IMG/VR virus record: IMGVR_UViG_3300033066_000386
Coordinates: 1 to 64,000 of that record
Strand: one strand, 5' to 3'
Source: a virus
Lineage: Duplodnaviria; Caudoviricetes
DNA: 64,000 nt
Of this stretch, positions 8,896 through 18,684 are shown one piece after another; the stretch's first letter is position 1, and each line of letters starts with the position of its first letter. The notes under the pieces were generated by a model. The model was not told the origin of the DNA and ran no database searches. It saw only the letters and a list, made by a program, of their open reading frames with translations. A program made the translations under genes and the position numbers.

Positions 8896-9408
8896 TCAAC
8901 TCAACTCGGCAATTTCCTTGTGTTCGTCTTCGGTCAGGTCACGCTCGCCATTCAGGCGGATCAGCTCGGCCAAGCGGTCTTGATTCACGGCCTTGATGCA
9001 CTCCGGGCCAAATCCTCGCTCGATTGATTCCGGCGTGGTCAGTTTCTTGCCGCAACGTCCGCACTTGCCTTCGTGATGCACGGCAAACCCCTTGCTCTCG
9101 AATGCGTCGTGGTCATTGCAGGCGATGCGGGCCATGACGCGATTGAATAGTCGTACCGGATAGGACGAGGCCGATAGCTGGCTCTTGGCGGTTGGCATGA
9201 CCTGGAACGTGTAGGTGTCCAGCTTGCCCACATAGCTATAGTCGCTGGTGTTGTCCGCACCCGTGAGCAGCTTCACGAAGTAGGCCGGTTTGGGATAGCG
9301 TTCGTTCGGTTCGGTTGCGGTAATCCGATAGGTGCGATGACCTTGATCGGGCGTCTGGATGGTGAAGGTTGCATCGCCTGCGAGAAGAAATTGCGAAGTG
9401 AGTTTCAT
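8896..9408 (-). CDS. DUF6011-like Zn-finger protein
   Basis: C-terminal GKCGRCGKKLTTPESIERGFGPEC. Confidence 0.75.
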   Translation of the reverse strand: MKLTSQFLLAGDATFTIQTPDQGHRTYRITATEPNERYPKPAYFVKLLTGADNTSDYSYVGKLDTYTFQVMPTAKSQLSASSYPVRLFNRVMARIACNDHDAFESKGFAVHHEGKCGRCGKKLTTPESIERGFGPECIKAVNQDRLAELIRLNGERDLTEDEHKEIAELS

Positions 9409-9477
9409 CTGACCGCATCGTTGATTTATTAGACCTACGATGCCCGTGTTGGTAAGCTGTCCTGTATCTTACTTGAA

Positions 9478-9507
9478 GTAGTATAACACTTGGCTGGCGA
9501 TTGGCAA
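9478..9507 (-). promoter_or_regulatory. sigma70-type promoter (TTGCCA-N16-TATACT, extended -10)
   Basis: Minus strand TTGCCAATCGCCAGCCAAGTGTTATACT upstream of the 9408 gene. The same AAGTG(G/T)TATACTACTT element recurs near 6570, upstream of the helicase. Confidence 0.5.
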
Positions 9508-9533
9508 CGGGATGGGCGAATATTTTTCGGAAA

Positions 9534-9809
9534 TTAATTGAGTCCCAACGCTTCGGCCAGCTTCTCTTCAGCAATCCGTTTGGCCGTCTCTCGTGCTTCC
9601 GGCCCCTTGCCACGTCCGCTTTTGGTCTTGGGGCGGTAGAGGTCTTGGCTACGCCAGAGGATTTTAACGCCGCGTTCGTTCATGTAGCCGTTCTGACCGA
9701 CTTCGCATTCGACAACTCGGTATTCCCATCGGCTATAGCCCTGAATGGAAGGGCGGCTGATCAAAACCGTCTTGATCGTGCGTTCGTTGCGAGAGATGCG
9801 ATTGCTCAT
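9534..9809 (-). CDS. hypothetical protein
   Basis: 91-aa ORF with AAGGA RBS, downstream of the promoter at 9853-9881. Confidence 0.6.
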   Translation of the reverse strand: MSNRISRNERTIKTVLISRPSIQGYSRWEYRVVECEVGQNGYMNERGVKILWRSQDLYRPKTKSGRGKGPEARETAKRIAEEKLAEALGLN

Positions 9810-9852
9810 GTCTACGTCCTTTTGTTAGATGTCTCGTTTGCCTTACGTAATC

Positions 9853-9881
9853 AATATACACTTATATTCGTCTAAGTGCAA
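9853..9881 (-). promoter_or_regulatory. sigma70-type promoter TTGCAC-N17-TATATT with CACTTA-N8-TAAGTG inverted repeat
   Basis: Read directly; same architecture as the sites at 39629, 51547 and 52970. Confidence 0.75.
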
Positions 9882-10090
9882 GGGGGGATTTGAGAATTTT
9901 CCGAAAATAATTTCGGTAACATGAATTGGTGAGTACACGAAAACTAACGACCCCCGACCCACCACCGGAGCAAGAGATGGACGGGAAGGGGGTCGCGTAT
10001 TTTCGCAAGCATCTTGCTTGCTGATTAGGGATCACCTCCTAGGAAATGGGTATCTAGCGTGAGCCGCATACACATCACCTCCCTTCCGCG

Positions 10091-10294
10091 TTAATGGTCC
10101 TCTCGGTCGAAAATCTCCTCGTAGCTGCCGCACCAGTCCGTGGGCAAGGTCAAGGGCCAAACTCCATCGCCGCATGAATCGCGCGAAGGAGATAGGACAC
10201 GGCATAGACCCTTGTCTGGTTCCGTATGGTACAGCAGCTTCCAGAACTTGCAGCTTTCGCATTGCTCCTTCATGGGCCGCTCCTTTACGCACAA
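10091..10294 (-). CDS. small Cys-rich protein
   Basis: CESCKFW...GLCR...WP...DWCGSY. Confidence 0.6.
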   Translation of the reverse strand: MCVKERPMKEQCESCKFWKLLYHTEPDKGLCRVLSPSRDSCGDGVWPLTLPTDWCGSYEEIFDREDH

Positions 10295-10635
10295 TATTCC
10301 TGTACCGATCCGATCAATTCAGGGCTACGTCCTGCCGTCGTGGTCAAGATCGCATGCTCGATGGCTGCCCCACCGAATCGCGCATATCCGAATAGTCCAT
10401 AGCGTTCTCGAAGTGCCTTGCGGGTTTGACCACTAACCGCCAATCGTGCCAGCATGGAACCGGCTTGGGCTTCCGTGTGAATCTCCTGGGGCGTCTTGTT
10501 GCACGCCTGCAAGATCATCGTGATGATCGTGATAAAGATGGTCGGGTCGAATCCCACCGGGGCAGCGGTCACCCCCGATTTTGCCAAGTAGGTTTCCAAA
10601 CACTCGTCACTAAATTTCTTCAAATCGTCGTTCAT
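10285..10635 (-). CDS. hypothetical protein
   Basis: Start MNDDLKK at 10635 with GGAG RBS. Confidence 0.6.
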   Translation of the reverse strand: MNDDLKKFSDECLETYLAKSGVTAAPVGFDPTIFITIITMILQACNKTPQEIHTEAQAGSMLARLAVSGQTRKALRERYGLFGYARFGGAAIEHAILTTTAGRSPELIGSVQEYCA

Positions 10636-10820
10636 GGTTGCTCCTAGGGTGAAAAAATATCGGAGTCGGATTACGGTAACACACCGCCGTAGGCACGAAC
10701 CAACATCCATGCTGGTTCCGACTCCGCCATTAACCCCATTTCACCAAGGGGAATGGTCGCTTCTAAATCGATGGTATAATAACGTATATGATTGAGTAAC
10801 ACTATACCCAAAGGTGTGGC

Positions 10821-11378
10821 ATGCCAATTCCAATCACATACGTTAATTGCTCTCATTGCGGATCGTCTTTCAGGCCTGAAAGACGATCTAGGTAAAGTCA
10901 GGACAAAGTATTCTGCGACAAAAATTGTCAAAAACAATACTTCAACCACGATGACCGAATTTGGGAGAACATCAATAAAACGGACGGGTGTTGGTACTGG
11001 ACTGGAGTTGTACACCCTACCGGCTACGGTATGTTTCGTAAACGACAAGCCCACAGGGTTGTTTACGAAAAGCTTGTATCCCCAATTGATGTCGGAAAAA
11101 TCCTTTGTCATTCCTGCGATACCCGGTCATGTGTTAACCCAAAACATTTAGTCGAAGGGTCTCACCAAGACAACATGGACGATATGGTGTCTAAGAAAAG
11201 ACAATCTAGGGGTGGTAGGGCAGGTAACACCAAACTCACCCCTGAGATAGTGGTTAAACTTAGATTCCTATACGCATTAGGCGGAGTAACCTATCCATCG
11301 TTGGCCAGACAGTTCGGCTACACAATTCAACTGGTTACTAGAGCTGTTACCCGAAGAACTTGGAAAAGCATACCCTAA
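10821..11378 (+). pseudogene. HNH homing endonuclease interrupted by an in-frame TAA
   Basis: The frame reads MPIPITYVNCSHCGSSFRPERRSR*(TAA 10893-10895)SQDKVFCDKNC...GCWYWTG...GYG...AHRVVY...CHSCDTRSCVNPKHL, with a C-terminal HTH. Confidence 0.75.
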
Positions 11379-11569
11379 TGCCACCAACTATAGCCTCCAC
11401 ATCGGTTGCACGTATGTGTATGGCTGCCTGCCGTTGGTCCACGTCCGCTAATGATGTACTGACTGGCTCCACATCGGGGGCAAGAATGGCTAGGATTGTA
11501 CGGGAGACCTCCCGTGCTTGCCCTACCTTCAGGTTGAGCAGTTTTGTACGCTTCTCGTTTGTTGGACAA
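11375..11569 (-). CDS. small Zn-ribbon protein
   Basis: CPRC...CNRC. Confidence 0.5.
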   Translation of the reverse strand: MSNKREAYKTAQPEGRASTGGLPYNPSHSCPRCGASQYIISGRGPTAGSHTHTCNRCGGYSWWH

Positions 11570-11912
11570 GTCGAAAGGGTTCTTGGCTAGACGCCCTCAC
11601 CTCCTTCTTTGAGAGAGACTTGATAATGTCGTCTCTACTCGCGCGACTAGAAATGGTTGCAACCCAATAGACGTTTCCATCCTTCTCCGGCCTGGATACC
11701 ACCGTACACTCCTTGGGATAGCCCTCCAAGGTTTTTGAGAAGGTGACGATGGCACAATCGATGGTTTGACCATCCTTGCCTACGTAAACCACTAAGGGCT
11801 TGGCGGTCCTTACACTCTCCGCCATTGCCTCTTGGTAGGAAAGCTTCATCGGTGGCACTTGAGGTGGGGGAGGAACCCCTTGGCTTAACATCAAGGCTAG
11901 TAAGAAAATCAT
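11529..11912 (-). CDS. putative exported protein
   Basis: N-terminal hydrophobic signal-like segment followed by a Pro-rich linker. Confidence 0.6.
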   Translation of the reverse strand: MIFLLALMLSQGVPPPPQVPPMKLSYQEAMAESVRTAKPLVVYVGKDGQTIDCAIVTFSKTLEGYPKECTVVSRPEKDGNVYWVATISSRASRDDIIKSLSKKEVRASSQEPFRLVQQTRSVQNCST

Positions 11913-11921
11913 GATGACCTC

Positions 11922-12740
11922 CTATGCGATGGATGCCGTGGTGGTACGCATGCCGATTGCCCCATTGGGGATTGCCTTGCTGCCTTGCAACACCCCTAGA
12001 CCGAACCTACCCCAATCCTTCCAACTGTTGAGGATGAGGACACCCCAGCTTCCTCTTTCGATTCGTACCCACCGGATCGCACATACACTGTGGCTCCAAT
12101 GGTTGTAATCGACCGCGCATGGTTGGTTGCGGAAGAGGGAGGTTGCCAGTTGAGCCTTGGTGAGATTCTGATCGTAGACCTGTCGGGTAAGGTCCGCCCA
12201 ATCCTCTACCGTCTTGTGCAAGGCACAATTGGCACGCATGGCTGGGGTATCGTTGCTCAAGCTGCGCGAATGAATGGGCCAAAAGTCCGTTGAGGGATAG
12301 CCTACATCTCGTGCGAATTTAGCCGATAGACCACACCATCCACCCTCATCCTTGCCTCCCTTGATGATTGCAGCCGGACCATGTGGATTGAGGCGTACCA
12401 TCGGTTGACCGCTGGCCAATCTGCTAATCATCATGGCGTGGCCGATGGAGTATGCCCAGCAATAGCCGTGGCCATTCTGATCAAGGTTGACGAATGCCGG
12501 TTGACCATTGGGAAGGAAGATGTGTTCCAAGCTCGATTGCTGAGCCTCTTGCTCGTCATACCAAGCATCCCAATCGGACTCGGCGATTAGCTTCATCTCC
12601 GTTGGTGGAGCGAACATTTCTTGGGGGTAGATGTTGTAATCGCGCTCTACGTAGCCATAGGTGGCCCCGGTTGGGAATTCGATATCCTTCGTGGATGGAT
12701 CGTCGTTGATGATGGGGATGACCCCTTTGTACATGTTCAT
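11922..12740 (-). CDS. papain-like (C1) cysteine peptidase
   Basis: LDQNGHGYCWAYS (Q and catalytic C), WSHSV (H), ILNSW (N). Confidence 0.8.
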   Translation of the reverse strand: MNMYKGVIPIINDDPSTKDIEFPTGATYGYVERDYNIYPQEMFAPPTEMKLIAESDWDAWYDEQEAQQSSLEHIFLPNGQPAFVNLDQNGHGYCWAYSIGHAMMISRLASGQPMVRLNPHGPAAIIKGGKDEGGWCGLSAKFARDVGYPSTDFWPIHSRSLSNDTPAMRANCALHKTVEDWADLTRQVYDQNLTKAQLATSLFRNQPCAVDYNHWSHSVCAIRWVRIERGSWGVLILNSWKDWGRFGLGVLQGSKAIPNGAIGMRTTTASIA

Positions 12741-13798
12741 TATTCACCTCCAAATTTCTTGAGTAGAGCGATTGTGTCCGCTACGCTATTGGGCAAGGCT
12801 TGCTCTACCCAGTTGGTTCCATTTCCTACGGCAATCCACGGGATGCTGGTACGGTTGCGTTTCATGGCGTTCTTCCACAATGCTGACTCTCCGTCCATCA
12901 ATGTGTTCACGTCGTAGATGCGTCGTTGTGGAGTGCCGTTGATCATGACGCATTTGGAATTGAGATAGTCTCGAACCGTCTTGCCGTATATGACCGAATA
13001 GTGTTCCTTGGTAATCTCTCCGTTGTCTTGAAACACGATGAGAACGTGCAGGCCGGTTGCTCCGTCGAATGGTCCCTTATCGGTTGGTACTGGAGGTTTG
13101 GGCTTGGGGTCTGGCTCTGGGCCGGGAGGGGGCATCGGTCCTTGACCGGCCACGATTCTCCAGTAAACCGGATCAATCAGCTTGCCATTTACCGTACATG
13201 CCGCTTCGATGAAGATATCGCTACTATCTTTCGCGCGGACTATTACCGTATCGCCAAACACCTTTACATAACTGGTTGTATTCGGGGAACCCCACACCTT
13301 GAGGTCTTTAGCTCCCTTGCCTAGCATCACCCTCACTTCTACTGGATCACCATTCACATCCGCCTTGGTAGCCCCCGTGAATTTGATTGGCGATAGCGGG
13401 TCGGCCTTGGGGTCTTTTGGATCAATTGGAACGATGACGGGCTTCTCATCGACTTTCTTGGACAGGGAGAGAATGTCTTCCCTCAATCCGACCATGCTCT
13501 TGTCCAGCTTCGTCAGTCCTTCCGTGATCGGCTTGAGGTCGATGACTACTTTCGGCTCCACTACCGGAACTACGGGAGGAGCTGGTGCTTCTGAGCTCTT
13601 GGTGGCTACATAGGTTCCACTACCGATGAGGGAACCCAGACCGATCAAGACGATGGTAATCTGAGGCCAGTACTCTTTGAGAGTAGGCCATAGCTTGCCA
13701 GCTGCGTCTCTAGCCTTGTCCCATTGTTCCCGTGTCACGGTGAACACAGGCTCATTAGGATCAGGTGGGGATACTGGGTTTAACGGGTCGGTACTCAT
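12740..13798 (-). CDS. membrane-anchored Pro-rich protein
   Basis: One TM near the N-terminus, PxP linkers, two globular domains. Confidence 0.7.
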   Translation of the reverse strand: MSTDPLNPVSPPDPNEPVFTVTREQWDKARDAAGKLWPTLKEYWPQITIVLIGLGSLIGSGTYVATKSSEAPAPPVVPVVEPKVVIDLKPITEGLTKLDKSMVGLREDILSLSKKVDEKPVIVPIDPKDPKADPLSPIKFTGATKADVNGDPVEVRVMLGKGAKDLKVWGSPNTTSYVKVFGDTVIVRAKDSSDIFIEAACTVNGKLIDPVYWRIVAGQGPMPPPGPEPDPKPKPPVPTDKGPFDGATGLHVLIVFQDNGEITKEHYSVIYGKTVRDYLNSKCVMINGTPQRRIYDVNTLMDGESALWKNAMKRNRTSIPWIAVGNGTNWVEQALPNSVADTIALLKKFGGE

Positions 13799-13812
13799 TT
13801 TTGCTCCTTGGG

Positions 13813-14079
13813 TTACTTACGTGACTTACCCTTCCACAGTTTCTCATCAGGTATCTTCAAGTCCGGGTTTAGTCGGATCAGCTCAATCAAGAAGTTCTCC
13901 GTGTCAGTTCCTGTCCATCGGTCAGATGATCTCTTACGCAGATCTTGTAGTTCCTTGATGAGTGTGGTGTTCTTCATGATGGTCTCATCTTGCAACCAAT
14001 TCTTTTGCTGCTGCCTTAGCCAAGCCGAACAAAGCAGGATTAGGATCAATGCCCATCCAATCACATTCCAATACTTCAT
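13813..14079 (-). CDS. single-TM protein
   Basis: N-terminal TM followed by a charged helix. Confidence 0.6.
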   Translation of the reverse strand: MKYWNVIGWALILILLCSAWLRQQQKNWLQDETIMKNTTLIKELQDLRKRSSDRWTGTDTENFLIELIRLNPDLKIPDEKLWKGKSRK

Positions 14080-14675
14080 GCTGCACCCTTATCATCCTTT
14101 TTCTTTTCCGATAGTTTGTCAAGGATCATTTGAATCTTGGCATCGGATGGGCACTTGAGTCCATGCTCTGTAATGTGACGCTTGGCTTCTTCGATCCGAC
14201 ATAGTCCCATTGGATCTGAGCCAAACTTTTTGAGGTACTCCGTGTTGGCTTCCGTGGCCTTGACGTTCTTGTCTAAGCTGGAAGCAACCTGACTCATCTT
14301 CTCTGCCGTATGGCTTAGAGCGTCGTTCATCGTACTTACTTGTTCGATGGCTTGCTTGTGCAACACCAAGGCGATTTGCTTGCTTTCATTGGTGGCATTC
14401 TCGTACTTGGAAAAGATTCGTAACAAGGCCCAAGCCAAAGCACACGCAGAGAAGATTGGAAAGCCTAGGGTGCTAATCCATTTGAGAGCTATGTCTTCCA
14501 TGGTATGCCGTATCTCAGGTAGTACCACGAACCCTTGGTATAAGATGCCGATGATGGGCATAAGAGTGGCCAGCATCTGGATGATCGCCAGTTTCCATGA
14601 GGGAATGAATTGGTTGGCCGGAGGATCGGTTGTTGGGTCATCATGCTTGTGCGGAAACTTGATTGAGTCGGACAT
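14076..14675 (-). CDS. 2-TM protein with coiled-coil tail (holin-like candidate)
   Basis: Two TM helices then a long helical region; start placed at ATG 14675. Confidence 0.55.
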   Translation of the reverse strand: MSDSIKFPHKHDDPTTDPPANQFIPSWKLAIIQMLATLMPIIGILYQGFVVLPEIRHTMEDIALKWISTLGFPIFSACALAWALLRIFSKYENATNESKQIALVLHKQAIEQVSTMNDALSHTAEKMSQVASSLDKNVKATEANTEYLKKFGSDPMGLCRIEEAKRHITEHGLKCPSDAKIQMILDKLSEKKKDDKGAA

Positions 14676-14899
14676 ATTGCACTCCCACCTTAAATGACCC
14701 ATAATGAGCAACGAATAAGCTTCCATCGCCCGTAATGAGGTACTCATGAAAAAGCTTGCTTCCTACGTTGCCTTGACCTTCGCTGTGGTCGCTACCGTCA
14801 TTGCTGCTGCCACGATTGCCGACTCCATAAAGTTCTTCCAACCCGGAGTACCTTATTCGGCATTTGTCCATCATGCCCTCATCTGTGGGGCCATTGTCT

Positions 14900-15217
14900 C
14901 TACGGCTGCGCTGATTGATCTTGGGGCTTTGCTAACTTTGATTTTTCTACGTGATACCGACACCCAGCACAATCCCCAAGAGTAACGACATCGGGAGTCA
15001 ACTCATGGCTGCACTTGAATGCTTGCCTTGCTTTGCCCCCACACGGCACGCAAGCCTTCTTTACGCACTGTCCCGCTTCGTCCTTGACTGGCTCGCCCAA
15101 GTACATGCAGACGCCCTTTGGTTTCGCCTTGGTTGCCGTTGGCCTTGCTCCTTTGTGAAGCAAGCGGCATTTAACGAACAAAGCATCAACCTCTTCTTTT
15201 GTCTTTGGAGTTGCCAT
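14900..15217 (-). CDS. Cys-rich hypothetical protein
   Basis: 105 aa with about 9 Cys; co-directional with the tail genes. Confidence 0.5.
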   Translation of the reverse strand: MATPKTKEEVDALFVKCRLLHKGARPTATKAKPKGVCMYLGEPVKDEAGQCVKKACVPCGGKARQAFKCSHELTPDVVTLGDCAGCRYHVEKSKLAKPQDQSAQP

Positions 15218-15596
15218 GTATCGATATCCCTCTTACGCCATTATCGTTTCGCTGTCCTTCACCGCCGCTTGGTATTACAGGCCTTCCCCACCGTTGGAGT
15301 TCGCTAGTGTCATGGAAGCCAAGCATCGTCTTGAGAAAGCGGGATTGCTATGTTCGTCCTTCTATGAAAGCGTTGCTCCCGTTGTCGTAGTGACCGAGAA
15401 GGAAATCAGTAGCGATGCCGCCTTCGAGTTCCAATCCAGCCATGTGGCCGTCAATAACACCGGCAAAGTCCTTTTGATGAAAGTCAAGGGCGACTACGAT
15501 GTACGTCCTCTCAACTGGAGAACATGGGGGCAAGTGTCGGCAACTGGCGATCCAGCATTACTTGACAAAATAGAGTCAACTATGAAATCCGAGTAA
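15216..15596 (+). CDS. hypothetical protein with N-terminal signal/TM (opposite strand)
   Basis: 126-aa ORF that exactly fills the gap between two minus-strand genes. Confidence 0.45.
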   Translation: MYRYPSYAIIVSLSFTAAWYYRPSPPLEFASVMEAKHRLEKAGLLCSSFYESVAPVVVVTEKEISSDAAFEFQSSHVAVNNTGKVLLMKVKGDYDVRPLNWRTWGQVSATGDPALLDKIESTMKSE

Positions 15597-16665
15597 TGAT
15601 TACTCTGCCAGCCGCACCAGCCGCCAATCCGCCAAGAATTCCGCCACCACCACCGCCGCCTCCTGGAGCGGTTCCAGCAACTCCATCTTCATTTGGATCG
15701 CCGCCCGTTCCACCACTTCCTTCTCCAGTACCTCCGGTTGTATTGACCGCATTTCCACCAACGGCAGCACTTGTTGCTGATCCGCCGCCTCCCCCTCCGT
15801 ATGTGTCGTCTACACCGTTTGCATTCGCTCCGTTGCCTCCGCTGTATTTTGTATCGCCGACCCCAGAGCCAGAAGCTCCTCCGGAACCGCCAGTTGCGCC
15901 GGAAGCGTCTGCTCCTGACTTGGCCAAAACTGTACCTGATGTAACGAAATAAGTATCTTCTGAATTGTCAGGAGCAACACTCACCGTATAAGGCGATCCA
16001 CTAGTCACTGCGTAAGTATTCTTCTTTGAATAAGCCCCGCCACCACCGCCACCTCCAGCAGTTGTAACTCCATCACCAGCAGTACCGTCGCCGCCTGCAC
16101 CCCAACACTCGACTTGGACGTTACCAGTGAAATCTGGAGTGAACGTAGCGTCGGCATCGTAGGTTACGGTGAATGGGGTGTAGTCGCATCCGATACGAAT
16201 CGTCAACGTTGCTGGTGATTCACACGCTGGACATTCCCCTGACAAACAATTGCCGCTGATATCGGCGAATTCAAGGCAGAATGGATCACACGTACTTGTT
16301 GATGAACTGCCACTGCATATGGCTTCCGGACCAAACACGATAGACCATGTAGCCCCTTCGCATAGAAGCACAACTTCCGTCGTGTAGCAATCAAGTACCA
16401 CAACCCCATACCAGATATCGGAAACGCCTGGGTCACTCGCTCCGCTGTAAGTAAGAACTCCGGTTCCCGTCGCGCATCCGCTGAATTCAATCGTCAAAGA
16501 GTCGGCAAGTGCATTGTCAGGACAACACGTTGTTGTATGCGTAGAACCGCTACCACATGCGACTTGACACTCGCCTAGCGTTATGTGTGGACCACTATTG
16601 AGCGTGTACCCTGCGGTAATCAACGCTGCTAATTCAGAAGCCGTTAGTAGATAGCAACTGCTCAT
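15580..16665 (-). CDS. tail fibre-associated protein, Cys-rich N-terminus plus Gly-rich domain
   Basis: VECWGAGG..GGGGGGGAY Gly-rich phage domain; position in the tail module. Confidence 0.7.
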   Translation of the reverse strand: MSSCYLLTASELAALITAGYTLNSGPHITLGECQVACGSGSTHTTTCCPDNALADSLTIEFSGCATGTGVLTYSGASDPGVSDIWYGVVVLDCYTTEVVLLCEGATWSIVFGPEAICSGSSSTSTCDPFCLEFADISGNCLSGECPACESPATLTIRIGCDYTPFTVTYDADATFTPDFTGNVQVECWGAGGDGTAGDGVTTAGGGGGGGAYSKKNTYAVTSGSPYTVSVAPDNSEDTYFVTSGTVLAKSGADASGATGGSGGASGSGVGDTKYSGGNGANANGVDDTYGGGGGGSATSAAVGGNAVNTTGGTGEGSGGTGGDPNEDGVAGTAPGGGGGGGGILGGLAAGAAGRVIITRIS

Positions 16666-18659
16666 TGTACGATGCTCACAACTCCACCAGTAGTTTCACC
16701 ACAGGACGTTAAATCGACGCCTGAGAAGATCGCGCTAAACGGCTCACATACTGACTGCAAAGAAGTATACGTCGTTCCATTAACATCGAGAATCCAATCC
16801 GTTCCATCACAAGAAAGATTCCAGTCTGCCATGTCGCATGTACCAAACATGCCCGTTCCAATCCATGTGCCGCTGCCACCATCGTATGTAAGTGTCGCCG
16901 TGTCTGTCACTGCTCCGACGATAACAGTCATCGTCAGTGTATCTGGCAACGGTTTCGGGCAACATGCTTTCGTTGGATATCCAGCAGGCTCATCCAAGCA
17001 ATACCAATACTTGGGAATATCAGGGCAGCAATTTGGGACGCACTTAATTCCGTATGGCTCTGTGCTGTCGAATACCAAAACGTATCCGTCTTTGCACGCT
17101 GGGAATGTCACCCATACCCCAAGGATAGGGTCCCATACGATGATCCCGAATCCATCCCCTGGCGGAAGACATTTGCACGGTCCCGCGTAGTTCACTTGGA
17201 GCGTATGAACCCCACCACCCGGATCGGCAATCGTTACTGATGCGTCCGGAGATGTTAAGGTCTGTGCTGCCGTCGTATCAGCGTTGATAGAGGTGACTGC
17301 TGACACCGTGAATGTGATTGTGCTTCCCGATGCAGATATCGCAATCTCTCCACCAGATTGGGCAAGCGTAAAGTTCGGAGTACCTGTAGCTGTGCCGCTC
17401 GGAGTTGCTATTTGCAGTCTCGGCACATTGATCGTGTTGATGCCGTCGCCGGTTGTTAGAACCCAATAGGTAGCATTTGGTGGAACGTTGTTCGTGCTTG
17501 CCAAGATGCAGCGATAGGTATTGCCACCACTAGTAACCAACCATCCAGGAAGGTAAGTCTGCGACGATGACCATGCTGCCGGAGTCGCACTGATGTTGAT
17601 ATCGGAACCAGAAACACCAAGTCCTATCGTCTGGCTAGCCGTCGTATCGTCATTGATCGACGTGATACCACTGACAGATGCCGGTATGTTGATAACATTG
17701 ATGCCGTTGTCGGTTATCTGTGCCCAGTAAGCTGTATTTGGAGGAACATTGTTCAGACTCGGAGTTATACAGTAGTAGTAGTTAGATAGGTATGAAACAA
17801 CCCATCCGATTTCATATTGCTGAGTGCTGCTCCACCCTGGCAATAACTCTGTAACGACTACCCATGTCCCAAGACTAGGTGGTGCGACATTGTAGTTCTC
17901 CAAGATGCAACGATACGTCACCAAACTCGATATAACAAAATCACCCTCCCGATACACTCTACCGCTTTTCCATTCCACAGGGGTCGTGGTTATGTTGAAG
18001 ACACTTCCGGTCCTATTGATCCCAACCGTTTGCCTTGGAGTCGTGTTGCTGTTGATGGATTGAACTGTATCGGGAATGTTGATGACATTCAGACCTTGAC
18101 CAGTAACGTCGATCCATTCAGCACTAGGAGGCTCGTTGATGCCGCCTACAGAAAGATTCTCCGTGATGCAGCGATATATGAGGCTGGTATGTTCAACAAT
18201 CTCGCCAACCCGATAAACGATCCCCGCTGCCCATGCAACCGCAGTGGTTGCTATGTTGATGTCAACTCCTTCTTTACCCAAGCCGATTGTCTGGTTCTGC
18301 TCTCCGTTGTCGTTGATGGTGAGGATGCCGGAACCGGTGTTACACACCACTACATACACATCGCCATAGGTTCCGTCGAAAAAAGCTCGTTGGATGGTTG
18401 CCACGGTCGGGACTTCAGCGATTACATCGTTGGCATCGAATACCGGACCTAACGTTTCCGTACCGCTTCTTCCACCTGGCCTATCGATCCATGCAACGGG
18501 GTTGACGGTATCGTAATCCAACTCGGTCCATGCGTAGAGGCCCGTAGAGGAATTAACCGATGTTAGTCTTGCCCAAAATGGTCGGTTCATGCCCATTACC
18601 GACTGATCGTCGGATAGGTAGAGTCCTCCAAATACTTCGGCAATCGGTTTGGGGTCCAT
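16662..18659 (-). CDS. tail fibre / receptor-binding protein with four CBM5/12-like repeats
   Basis: Four W...Y..G..V......Y.C repeats separated by SIN..TT..QT.G spacers; Cys-rich C-terminal module. Confidence 0.72.
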   Translation of the reverse strand: MDPKPIAEVFGGLYLSDDQSVMGMNRPFWARLTSVNSSTGLYAWTELDYDTVNPVAWIDRPGGRSGTETLGPVFDANDVIAEVPTVATIQRAFFDGTYGDVYVVVCNTGSGILTINDNGEQNQTIGLGKEGVDINIATTAVAWAAGIVYRVGEIVEHTSLIYRCITENLSVGGINEPPSAEWIDVTGQGLNVINIPDTVQSINSNTTPRQTVGINRTGSVFNITTTPVEWKSGRVYREGDFVISSLVTYRCILENYNVAPPSLGTWVVVTELLPGWSSTQQYEIGWVVSYLSNYYYCITPSLNNVPPNTAYWAQITDNGINVINIPASVSGITSINDDTTASQTIGLGVSGSDINISATPAAWSSSQTYLPGWLVTSGGNTYRCILASTNNVPPNATYWVLTTGDGINTINVPRLQIATPSGTATGTPNFTLAQSGGEIAISASGSTITFTVSAVTSINADTTAAQTLTSPDASVTIADPGGGVHTLQVNYAGPCKCLPPGDGFGIIVWDPILGVWVTFPACKDGYVLVFDSTEPYGIKCVPNCCPDIPKYWYCLDEPAGYPTKACCPKPLPDTLTMTVIVGAVTDTATLTYDGGSGTWIGTGMFGTCDMADWNLSCDGTDWILDVNGTTYTSLQSVCEPFSAIFSGVDLTSCGETTGGVVSIVQ

Positions 18660-18684
18660 ATTTACTCGCGCGACTAGAAACGCA

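Noticed and set aside
6638-10895. Atypical tRNA as an ochre suppressor that rescues the HNH TAA
   Set aside because: The only good anticodon stem gives TAT, not TTA, and many genes here end in TAA.
10792-11151. Plus-strand 119-aa ORF and minus-strand 146-aa ORF over the HNH 5' region
   Set aside because: These are shadow frames. The Zn-finger/HNH motifs lie in the frame interrupted by TAA.
16672-17190. Many plus-strand ORFs of 60-170 aa overlapping the long minus-strand genes
   Set aside because: They are antisense shadows of well-supported genes with no recognisable motifs.
16662-18659. Tail-fibre repeats as a diversity-generating retroelement TR/VR pair
   Set aside because: No reverse transcriptase, and the repeats differ at all base types rather than only at adenines.
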